Assembly (NCBI GenBank): GCA_035479295.1
Contig: DATIIV010000012.1
Coordinates: forward strand, 65,010-129,009
DNA length: 64,000 bases
Direction of reading: 5' to 3'
Source of the DNA: Candidatus Saccharimonadia bacterium
GTDB taxonomy: Bacteria; Patescibacteriota; Saccharimonadia; UBA4664
Made by a program: the position numbers and the translations under genes. Shown here piece after piece: positions 52,363 to 63,676 of the stretch; the stretch's first letter is position 1; every line of letters begins with the position of its first letter. The notes under the pieces are model-generated. The model did no database searches. It was not told the origin of the DNA and saw only the letters and a program-made list of their open reading frames with translations.

Positions 52363-53010
52363 CTACTCGATAGGCAGACGATAGATGCGGTTAAGAATCT
52401 GGAGAGCAGTAAGCTTCTCTGCTGCCTCCAGCGGCTTGCCCACCGTAATGGCATAAGAAGGCCATAGCCATCGGCCGCGGCACCACTCGATGTGCACTGG
52501 AATTATCTTTACTTGAGGAGTCTTGGCTAGAACTTCAATGCCGCTTCGGGGCCGAATCTTATGCGGTGTGCGCTTGCCCTCAGGAAAGATCATGATAGAT
52601 TGGTGGTGTTTCAGAAACAGCTGGGCTGCAGTGAGGCCATAAATGTAAGAGGCATTGGCGCTAGCCGGGAAAGCTCCAAACGCAAAGAGGAAGTGACGTA
52701 GGAACTTGTCGAAGAGGGCGTTATGGGCAAAAAAGCGGAGAGGTGCTAGGCCGGCAAGGATGCCTGGTGGAAGTGCGACGCAAATTATAAACGGGTCAAA
52801 CATGCTCTGGTGATTTGCTGCAACTATATAGCAATGATCAGGACTAATATCACCAGGCTGGAGGTTGACTCTAGTCCGATGCGGTAGCAAGTGGGTAATG
52901 AGGCGAATTGGCCAGTAAAGGACGCGCTGACTGAGTAAGATCACGCGAAGACGGCCAGGCGATAAAAGCGAGTCAAGGGACGCAAAAGATTTTACTTGAG
53001 TAGCCGACAT
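52363..53010 (-). CDS. PlsC-family (lysophospholipid/1-acyl-glycerol-3-phosphate-type) acyltransferase
   Basis: HX4D motif in VAANHQSMFDPFI and motif III IFPEGKRT. 215 aa. Confidence 0.75.
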   Translation of the reverse strand: MSATQVKSFASLDSLLSPGRLRVILLSQRVLYWPIRLITHLLPHRTRVNLQPGDISPDHCYIVAANHQSMFDPFIICVALPPGILAGLAPLRFFAHNALFDKFLRHFLFAFGAFPASANASYIYGLTAAQLFLKHHQSIMIFPEGKRTPHKIRPRSGIEVLAKTPQVKIIPVHIEWCRGRWLWPSYAITVGKPLEAAEKLTALQILNRIYRLPIE

Positions 53011-53018
53011 CGGTAAAA

Positions 53019-53049
53019 TTGATGATATGTAATTGCGTAATTATATAAT
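53019..53049 (+). promoter_or_regulatory. sigma-70-like promoter in an AT-rich divergent intergenic region
   Basis: TTGATG, a 17-nt spacer, then TATATA (or TATAAT with 19 nt). The 83-bp intergenic region has very low GC, unlike the rest of the window. Confidence 0.45.
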
Positions 53050-53093
53050 AATATTAAAGGCAATGCAAGATGCAAAATGAGGAGTAATAGATA

Positions 53094-53807
53094 GTGACAA
53101 ACAGGCAGGAGGGGGCGGCTGAGTCGGGGAAAGGGGGACTTGGCTCGAGGCATTTGCATTTTGAGGAGCATGGACTGGTCTTTCGCGAGTTAACAGCAGA
53201 GGCCGATTTTAGGGCCGCTTATCGGCTGCGTTATAAAATCTGTGTAGAGCAGCTGCATTGGGTGCAGGGGGTTCCCGAAGAGCAGCTTGAGTACGATGAT
53301 TATGATAAGTACTCGTACCACTTTGGCTGTTTTAGGGAGAGTAAGCTTATAGGGTATATGCGTATGACGCCAGAAGATAATTCCGTGGGCACCATGAGCC
53401 GCGACCACTTTGGCCATCTCTGGCAAATTGACCCTCAGTACCCTACCCACGAAACGGCTGACCTATCCCGACTCTTGGTGGATCGGCCCTATCTGCATAA
53501 ACCCTTGCTGCTGCGGCGAATTCTGATTGGTTTATACCGACTGGCCTACGGAAGGGCAGAATTGAGTCGGCCGCGCATTCGGTATTGGTATTTTATTACC
53601 ACGGGACGCTTGCTTAAGGCTTTAAGATGGCAGTTAGGCTTACCCGTCAAAGTGTTTGGCCACGATCAGACCTCAGATGGCAAAACCACCTATGCAGTCG
53701 GCCTCGATTTACAGCGGGGTCGCCGGAGACTCGCTATCCTCGCACCTTGGCGTCTTATCTACTTTGCCAGGGCTAAGCGGCTTCAACGCGATAATGAGCG
53801 TCCATAG
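53094..53807 (+). CDS. LuxI/N-acyl-amino-acid-synthase-fold acyltransferase (OlsB-like / exosortase-associated-acyltransferase-like), cassette B
   Basis: GTG start 9 nt after GAGGAG. FRELTAEADFRAAYRLRYKICVEQLHWVQGVPEEQLEYDDYDKYSYHFGCFRESKLIGYMRM reproduces the conserved block of autoinducer-synthase/NAS families. A later segment is ETADLSRLLVDRPY...WYFITTGRLLKALRWQLGLP. Confidence 0.65.
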   Translation: MTNRQEGAAESGKGGLGSRHLHFEEHGLVFRELTAEADFRAAYRLRYKICVEQLHWVQGVPEEQLEYDDYDKYSYHFGCFRESKLIGYMRMTPEDNSVGTMSRDHFGHLWQIDPQYPTHETADLSRLLVDRPYLHKPLLLRRILIGLYRLAYGRAELSRPRIRYWYFITTGRLLKALRWQLGLPVKVFGHDQTSDGKTTYAVGLDLQRGRRRLAILAPWRLIYFARAKRLQRDNERP

Positions 53808-53844
53808 TATCAACTTAAGCAAAAGAGCTATAGAATAAAGATTA

Positions 53845-56013
53845 ATGGATTATCGGGCATTACTTCTATTTTTAGTAACGGCTGCGAATCTTTTCCTGGG
53901 TCTTGCCGTTTACTTTCGCAATCCTCGCAATCGCCAGTATATCTATTATTTTGCTTTTGCCTCATCGATAGCGCTCTGGACCTTAACCAACGGGCTCTAT
54001 CAGATTTTCCCGCCGCGCCTCCTTTTATCGATGGCGCTTTTGAGCTATGCCAGTGCCATCCTTATGGCCACCTTTTTCCTGCTGTTTAACCGTGAGTTTA
54101 CCAAAATTAAGCTAGGTCCTGACTGGCTGATCCTGCTTGTGGGCGGCCTAATGGCCTTAGTCGCGCTCAAACCTGGCGTACTAGCCTCCTCGATCGCTGC
54201 TGATCGCTCCATTGTTACTACTCCGGGAATCGCTGTTATGGCCATCTTGCTGGTTGGGTTTCTGTCGTGGGGCTTATTACTGTTGGTTGCATCGTTGCGC
54301 CGAGCTCGAGGCTTAGTCCGCACTCAGCTGCAGTTTATGTTGGCTGGTATGACAACTGCCGCCTTAATGGGGGTGCTATTTAACTTAGCACTACCGGTAA
54401 TGGGCCATATTTATACCTATGTTTATCTCGGCCCCGACTTCACGACTTTTTACGTCGCTGCCATTGCCTACAGCGTTATTCGGCAGCGTCTCTTTAACTT
54501 ACGGGTAGCTATTGCTCGGACGATAGCGTATCTTTTGGTCTTAACGGCTATGGCTGGCATGTACATTGCGGCTATTTTAAGTATAACTTCATACTTCTTG
54601 CCGTCGGGTCGGATCTCTGGCAGCCAAAATCTGATCTCGACCGTCGTAGCGATTGTACTGGTTTTCACCTTCCAACCCCTCCGCCGCTTCTTTGAGCGCG
54701 TTACCGACAGTGTGTTTTATCGTGATCGGTACGATTCGCAGGTGGTGTTGAATGAGTTCAGCAAGGTGCTGGTGTCGGAGCTGGATCTGGATCGGATTCT
54801 GCGCCGCAGCCTCAGTCAGCTGTGCCGCGACGTGCACATTCAGTTTGGGCAGCTGGTGATCTTTAATCAGGACCGAGTGTACCGGGTGGAGCACTTTGGG
54901 CCGCTGCCCAAGCGGCTGATGGTGGCGCCGGAGCTGCGGCGGCTGGATGAGTCGCTGCTGGTGGCCGATGAGCTTGAGGCCGGCGAGCGCAAGACCATCA
55001 TGGACGAGCACGCCGTGCGTGTATCGGTGCGGCTGGCCACCCGCGATGAGTTCGTGGGCTACCTGCTGCTGGGCGATAAGCTGTCGGGCGATATTTACTC
55101 CAACCAAGACATTGAGCTGCTGGAGATTATCGGTAAGGAGCTGGCCGTGGCGATTCTGAATGCCAAGGCCTATGCCGAGATCGAGGCTTTTAACCGCACA
55201 CTGCAGGAGCGGGTCGATCACGCCACCAATCGACTGCGCGTGGCTAACCGCCACCTCAAAGAGCTTGATAAAGCCAAAGATGAGTTTATTAGCATGGCCT
55301 CGCACCAGCTGCGCACGCCGCTCACTACCATTAAGGGCTATCTGAGCATGATGCTGGAGGGCGATGCCGGGCGTCTCACCGCCGCCCAGAAGCAGTTTGC
55401 CGGCTACGCTTTTAGCTCGTCGGAGCGCATGGTTAACCTCATCTCCGACCTGCTTAATGTAAGCCGCCTAAGTGCCGGCCGTTTTCTGATTCAAACCAAG
55501 CCCACCGATATGGTGGCGATGGTGGCCGACGAGGTGCGTCAGCTGCAGAGCCATGCCGCGGCTAAGCACATTAGCCTCATCTTTGAGCAGCCACCAGCTG
55601 ACTTTCCGCTGGTGGAGATCGATGAGAACAAGACGCGCCAAGTCATCATGAACTTTATCGACAACGCCATTTACTACACCCAGACCGGCAGCGTGCGGGT
55701 GCGGCTTACCTTGGCCGGGCCGATCGTGCGGCTCGAGGTCATCGACACTGGCATTGGCGTGCCAGCAGCCGAGAAGCGCCACCTGTTCACCAAATTTTAC
55801 CGGGCCGAGAATGCCCAGGTGGTGCGGCCAGACGGTACCGGTCTAGGTCTGTATTTGGCCAAACGAGTGGTGGAAGATCAAGATGGTACAATACTATTTA
55901 GTAGCACCGAAGGCAAGGGTTCGGTGTTTGGATTTGAGCTACCGATTAAGCCCCGCCACAAGTCGGCGCCCAAATCGGCCAACGATAAGCAGAAGGAAAA
56001 CCAGCATGGCTAA
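53845..56013 (+). CDS. multi-TM + GAF sensor histidine kinase (HisKA_7TM/PrsK-like architecture), paralog B
   Basis: About nine TM helices (MDYRALLLFLVTAANLFLGLAVYFRNP...). GAF-like block (FVGYLLLGDKLSGDIYSNQDIELLEIIGKELAVAILNAKAYAEI). H-box FISMASHQLRTPLT, NFIDNAIYYT, DTGIGV, GTGLGLYLAK. Colinear with 34759..36987. Confidence 0.9.
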   Translation: MDYRALLLFLVTAANLFLGLAVYFRNPRNRQYIYYFAFASSIALWTLTNGLYQIFPPRLLLSMALLSYASAILMATFFLLFNREFTKIKLGPDWLILLVGGLMALVALKPGVLASSIAADRSIVTTPGIAVMAILLVGFLSWGLLLLVASLRRARGLVRTQLQFMLAGMTTAALMGVLFNLALPVMGHIYTYVYLGPDFTTFYVAAIAYSVIRQRLFNLRVAIARTIAYLLVLTAMAGMYIAAILSITSYFLPSGRISGSQNLISTVVAIVLVFTFQPLRRFFERVTDSVFYRDRYDSQVVLNEFSKVLVSELDLDRILRRSLSQLCRDVHIQFGQLVIFNQDRVYRVEHFGPLPKRLMVAPELRRLDESLLVADELEAGERKTIMDEHAVRVSVRLATRDEFVGYLLLGDKLSGDIYSNQDIELLEIIGKELAVAILNAKAYAEIEAFNRTLQERVDHATNRLRVANRHLKELDKAKDEFISMASHQLRTPLTTIKGYLSMMLEGDAGRLTAAQKQFAGYAFSSSERMVNLISDLLNVSRLSAGRFLIQTKPTDMVAMVADEVRQLQSHAAAKHISLIFEQPPADFPLVEIDENKTRQVIMNFIDNAIYYTQTGSVRVRLTLAGPIVRLEVIDTGIGVPAAEKRHLFTKFYRAENAQVVRPDGTGLGLYLAKRVVEDQDGTILFSSTEGKGSVFGFELPIKPRHKSAPKSANDKQKENQHG

Positions 56014-56455
56014 CACTGATACCGCCCATCAACCGGCCCAGCTGGGGGCCGGCAAGATCATCTTAATCGCCGAGGACGATCCGTTTATTTCGCGCATGTA
56101 CGAGATCAAACTGCAGGGCGCTGGCTTTACGGTTATCGTTAAGAATAATGGTCGCGACGCCTTTGAGGCTATTAAGTCTGAGCATCCGAGCCTGGCCGTC
56201 CTCGACATTAATATGCCCGAGCTGAGCGGTCTTGAGGTATTATCGGCACTACAGAGCGACGGCTTTGATCTGACGACCATGCCGGTAATCGTGCTAACCA
56301 ATTCGTCGGAGCTGTCGGATCGCAAAAAGGCGCTCAGCTACGGCGCCGAGTACCTGGTAAAGGCCGAGCTCACGCCGCGCGAGGTGCTTAATATGATCGA
56401 CGCCAAGCTCGGCCTCGACCCTGGCGACAGCGAGGCTAAGCCGGCCGATGCTTAG
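56006..56455 (+). CDS. receiver-only response regulator (cassette B)
   Basis: ATG at 56006 overlaps the kinase stop by 8 nt. ILIAEDD, LAVLDINMPELSGLEVL, VIVLTNS, EYLVKAE. Confidence 0.9.
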   Translation: MANTDTAHQPAQLGAGKIILIAEDDPFISRMYEIKLQGAGFTVIVKNNGRDAFEAIKSEHPSLAVLDINMPELSGLEVLSALQSDGFDLTTMPVIVLTNSSELSDRKKALSYGAEYLVKAELTPREVLNMIDAKLGLDPGDSEAKPADA

Positions 56456-56627
56456 CGCACTGCTCTTGGCGGTGGTGGTCTTCGCGGCCAGTTTTGTAGC
56501 CTTAATGGCCGTCGAAAAGCTGATTCACCGCTGGACCTACAACCCCGACCGGAGTTATCGCTGGGGCGTGTGGCTGTTCTCGAGTTTATTCGCAGTTTAT
56601 GCGTTTGTGACGGCGTTAGGCCGGTAA
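56448..56627 (+). CDS. 59-aa two-TM membrane peptide (not in ORF track because it is under 60 aa)
   Basis: The ATG overlaps the response-regulator stop (ATGCTTAG). Translation is MLSALLLAVVVFAASFVALMAVEKLIHRWTYNPDRSYRWGVWLFSSLFAVYAFVTALGR. This gives two hydrophobic helices flanking a basic/aromatic loop. Confidence 0.45.
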   Translation: MLSALLLAVVVFAASFVALMAVEKLIHRWTYNPDRSYRWGVWLFSSLFAVYAFVTALGR

Positions 56628-56678
56628 GGTTAACTCCGTTTTATAGCTAGCAGCCTGAATCTCAAAACCCCTCGTCTC

Positions 56679-56765
56679 GGCGCTTCCTGCCTTATAGTTC
56701 TCCCGTGAGGACTGTCTGAGCAAAGCGAGTTTCCGCAACGGGAGAACTATAAGGCAGGAAGCGCC
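56679..56765. repeat. perfect 28-bp inverted repeat with 31-nt spacer
   Basis: GGCGCTTCCTGCCTTATAGTTCTCCCGT (56679-56706) pairs with ACGGGAGAACTATAAGGCAGGAAGCGCC (56738-56765). Imperfect outer arms (CTGAATCTCAAAACC / GGTTTGAGGCTCAG) extend the structure. Confidence 0.85.
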
Positions 56766-56807
56766 TGGAACTAGGCAGAAGTGGTTTGAGGCTCAGATCT
56801 AGCAGTA

Positions 56808-56842
56808 TTGACTTAAGCATACATTAAACATACAATGTATGT
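56808..56842 (+). promoter_or_regulatory. strong sigma-70 promoter with overlapping palindromic operator for the TA operon
   Basis: TTGACT (56808-13), a 17-nt spacer, then TACAAT (56831-36). The palindrome ACATAC-AAT-GTATGT (56828-42) overlaps the -10. The ATG is only 9 nt after the -10 hexamer. Confidence 0.6.
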
Positions 56843-56845
56843 ATT

Positions 56846-57130
56846 ATGAGTAATGTTCTATTAACCATCAAAACCGATCCAGATACTAAAGAGCAGCTCA
56901 AGGCCTTTGCGGCAGAGCTGGGCGTATCAAGTACGGCTTTTGTAAATATGGTTGTAAAGCAGGCGCTTCGTGATCGTCGCGTGGTGCTAAGCACCGACCT
57001 GGAGCCAACAGCCTACTTAGAAGACATCATGCGCCAGGCCGAGGCAGATTACCTGGTTGACCGCGACATCACCCACACCAAGGGGAACCGAGACACTCTA
57101 TCGCATTTAGATAGTCTTATGAGCAAGTAG
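56846..57130 (+). CDS. RelB/DinJ-type (ribbon-helix-helix) antitoxin
   Basis: LLTIKTDPDTKEQLKAFAAELGVSSTAFVNMVVKQAL is a typical RHH N-terminus. It ends 1 nt before the toxin gene, in low-GC sequence. Confidence 0.75.
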   Translation: MSNVLLTIKTDPDTKEQLKAFAAELGVSSTAFVNMVVKQALRDRRVVLSTDLEPTAYLEDIMRQAEADYLVDRDITHTKGNRDTLSHLDSLMSK

Positions 57131-57131
57131 C

Positions 57132-57392
57132 TTGAAGGTCGATTTTACTAAGTCGTTCGATAAGCAATTTACAAAGCTGACGCATAAGCGCCAAGAACAG
57201 GCCAAAGCGGCCGTCGCATTGTTTTTGCACGATGCCCTGCACCCGGTATTGCGCAATCACGCCCTAAGAGGCGAGTGGAAAGGCTACCACAGTATTAGTG
57301 CTGGTGGTGATCTACGCTTGCATTTTAAGATGGTCGACGAGAATACGGCGTTATTTGTGGCAGCAGGAAGCCATAGTCAACTTTATAAATAG
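57132..57392 (+). CDS. RelE/YafQ-family mRNA-interferase toxin
   Basis: TTG start. FDKQFTKL...LRNHALRGEWKGYHSISAGGDLRLHF...VAAGSHSQLY matches the RelE/YafQ pattern. Confidence 0.75.
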   Translation: MKVDFTKSFDKQFTKLTHKRQEQAKAAVALFLHDALHPVLRNHALRGEWKGYHSISAGGDLRLHFKMVDENTALFVAAGSHSQLYK

Positions 57393-57419
57393 CAGGTCTA
57401 CCTTATACTTATTTAGAGC

Positions 57420-58505
57420 TTACGGCAGACTAAGCGTGTCGCGAAGGCGCCGCAAGGTGTAGGGCTGGCCGGGCAGCTGATATTGGCCTGGTGCGGTAGT
57501 AACGGCCGTAGCGTAGCCGGCCTCTTGCACGATCTGGATGGTGGTGGCGTTGTAGTTGCCGTAGGGGTAGGCAAAGTCGCGGATGGGGTGGCCGAGCTCT
57601 TGCTCGAGCTGAGTCTTGGAGTCGATAATCTCGTGGCGCTGGTCGTCGGCGCTGAGGCTCGCCAGATTGGGGTGGTCCAGGGTGTGGCCGCCAATGGTAA
57701 TGAGCCCCGAGCGATCGAGCGTACGTACCTGATCCCAGCTCAGGTAGGCGTCGCCACAGCCACCCGGCGGTTGGACGGGATCGTTGTAGCGGCGGCCCGC
57801 GCCGATACACCAATTGCTCTTAGCGCCTCCATTAATGATGTAGTAAGTGGCCCTCATATGGTGCTGCTGCAACAAGGTAAAGGCTTGCATCTGGTTGGCA
57901 AAGCCATCGTCGAAGGTTAGGACGACGGGCTTGGCCGGCAGCAAATTGTTGCCAGCCAGCGCCGCTGCCACCTGGTCGAGGCCAATGGTGGTGTAGCCGT
58001 GCTGCTCCAGGTACTCCAGCTGCTGCTCGAAGTTGGGCGGGGTATAGTGATAGAGCACGATGGGGATGAAGAGCTCGCCGGCTACCGCGGATGCAGACGA
58101 GTTCGGGATGGGCCCCTTAACGGCTTCGTTAGCGGCATCGGTGAGCCGGTTGTTCCACTGCGTGAGCGAAGCTCGTAGCGAAGCAATGGATTGCTGAGCA
58201 GCGGTAAATCGACCTTGCGCAAGGTCTAATTGAATGCTGGCCAGGGTGCTACTAAGAGTTTTGGGACTTACGAGTTCCAGATGAGCCTTGGTCTGGCGGG
58301 CCTCGAAGTCTTTGACCGCTCGAGTAGCGGCGCCGAGCGAGACCCGCAGCGCATGCGGCGCCTGTGATGGGCCGGCGACTGCATCGGGGGCGGGCAGCGT
58401 TAGCGCCACCATGGCGCCACTACCCAGCAGGGCCAACCCGACTAAGCTAAAACATATCATTTTTTTGGCCCGCCCTAAGCTAAGGCCGCGCAACGAAAAG
58501 CCCAT
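57420..58505 (-). CDS. membrane-anchored polysaccharide deacetylase (NodB homology domain)
   Basis: N-terminal TM. NodB motifs VVLTFDDGF, ATYYIING and GGHTLDHPNL. Confidence 0.85.
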   Translation of the reverse strand: MGFSLRGLSLGRAKKMICFSLVGLALLGSGAMVALTLPAPDAVAGPSQAPHALRVSLGAATRAVKDFEARQTKAHLELVSPKTLSSTLASIQLDLAQGRFTAAQQSIASLRASLTQWNNRLTDAANEAVKGPIPNSSASAVAGELFIPIVLYHYTPPNFEQQLEYLEQHGYTTIGLDQVAAALAGNNLLPAKPVVLTFDDGFANQMQAFTLLQQHHMRATYYIINGGAKSNWCIGAGRRYNDPVQPPGGCGDAYLSWDQVRTLDRSGLITIGGHTLDHPNLASLSADDQRHEIIDSKTQLEQELGHPIRDFAYPYGNYNATTIQIVQEAGYATAVTTAPGQYQLPGQPYTLRRLRDTLSLP

Positions 58506-58514
58506 TGAATTCCA

Positions 58515-59069
58515 TTATAGGGCGTGCGAGCTAGGCGTGGCAACGCTTGGTGCGGTACTAATGGCCTGCAGGTGCCGCCGCCACTCCAGGTAAACCAGCC
58601 AGGCCACGATGGCGTCAAAGCCGGTTAGCAGGGCTAGCCCCAGCGAGTGGTCGTAGCCGACCCGGTAGGCCTGATAGGCAATAAAGAGCAGCAGAAAGCC
58701 AATCGCCCAAGGATACAGATGATAATGCTGGCGCAATAGCGCAATGGCCAGGCCGAGCTTTATGGCGCCGTGGCCCAGTAGGTACAGGGCCGCTAGCAGC
58801 GCAAAACCCGGCGTCAAATGATTGTCGAGCGCCGTAATAGCCTGAGCGATAAAAGCGTGGTGGTCGTCGGCCAGCTCGTAAATGGCCAGCCCAGCCCAGC
58901 CGTGCAGCTTGCTAATGGGCACGATGAGCAGAAACAGGCCACCCATCATCTCGATGAGGCCGTCGAAGCCCTTGATGGCTACCGCGATGCGGAAGAGCCA
59001 GTCGAGCACGGGTTGTGGTATCAGGCGTTTCACAGCTAATAGCTTAGCGGTTGTTGCCGGATTACTCAA
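58515..59069 (-). CDS. DUF2127-like membrane protein
   Basis: Four TM helices with RIAVAIKGFDGLIEMMGGLFLL and YLLGHGAIKLGLAIALL, resembling DUF2127. Confidence 0.6.
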   Translation of the reverse strand: MSNPATTAKLLAVKRLIPQPVLDWLFRIAVAIKGFDGLIEMMGGLFLLIVPISKLHGWAGLAIYELADDHHAFIAQAITALDNHLTPGFALLAALYLLGHGAIKLGLAIALLRQHYHLYPWAIGFLLLFIAYQAYRVGYDHSLGLALLTGFDAIVAWLVYLEWRRHLQAISTAPSVATPSSHAL

Positions 59070-59150
59070 GGCGGAGTAGACTAGAGGGCGTCCTTTGCGA
59101 CTGCGCAGAGGGCTTTCGTTCCCTTACGTTCGCCAAAGTTGGGATGAATT

Positions 59151-59342
59151 GTGGGTTTAGGTGAGTTCATCACGGGAGCCAGAAAGGTCGTTCAGGCAGT
59201 GAACGGCGGGACTGGCGGCGGTGATGCTAAGGACGAATGTGTCGTCTGCGGCAAGCAGATTCGCAAGCACCGTAAGATGACCGGCGAAGGCCGCGTCTGC
59301 TCTGTGGCCTGCGCGCACTTTTGGGTTGAGAACATGAGCTAA
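59151..59342 (+). CDS. small putative zinc-ribbon protein
   Basis: 63 aa with a GTG start. CVVCGKQIRKHRKMTGEGRVCSVACAHF supplies four cysteines. The coding status is uncertain. Confidence 0.35.
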   Translation: MGLGEFITGARKVVQAVNGGTGGGDAKDECVVCGKQIRKHRKMTGEGRVCSVACAHFWVENMS

Positions 59343-59450
59343 CCTTTGCCGGGCGCTTCGCCGCGCAGCCTCATAGCCGCTCGCTCCACCGGCTTCGCCC
59401 TAGTATCAGATTCTGATTCGATATTGAGGCGAGGTCGATCGAGTTCTAAG

Positions 59451-59864
59451 CTATCGACTGCGGTGGTGCCGCTTGAGCCGGGCGACGCCCAGACGGACTT
59501 CCTGGCGGTCGATGAGCTCCTCGGCGCGCTGCAGGGCGTGCTTGTCTTTGGCCTTGGCCTTGAGGTCGCGCGCCTTGGTGAGTGCGGCTTGGATCTCTGA
59601 CTCGATCAGCTCATCGGCGTGCTCGGCTTCGTCGGCCAGCAGGCGCACACGGTCGGGGTTGACCTCCAACAGGCCGCCAAAAATGGCAAACAGCTCGGCC
59701 TGGCCGTGCCGCGGGCGAATAATAACGGGGCCCGCCAGCACTATGCTGGTGAGCGGTTCGTGGTGGGGCAGCACGCCGATCTGGCCGGCGGCCGTGCGCA
59801 GACTCACCTCGGCAATCTCGCCGTGGTACTTGGCGCCGGTGAGCGTGAGTAGCTCGAACTGCAC
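59451..59864 (-). CDS. atpC: F0F1 ATP synthase subunit epsilon
   Basis: Lies directly downstream of atpD. The N-terminal beta-sandwich (AEVSLRTAAGQIGVLPHHEPL) and C-terminal helical hairpin are present. Confidence 0.9.
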   Translation of the reverse strand: MQFELLTLTGAKYHGEIAEVSLRTAAGQIGVLPHHEPLTSIVLAGPVIIRPRHGQAELFAIFGGLLEVNPDRVRLLADEAEHADELIESEIQAALTKARDLKAKAKDKHALQRAEELIDRQEVRLGVARLKRHHRSR

Positions 59865-59865
59865 G

Positions 59866-62126
<2,261 letters not shown>

Positions 62127-62128
62127 GG

Positions 62129-63672
<1,544 letters not shown>

Positions 63673-63676
<4 letters not shown>

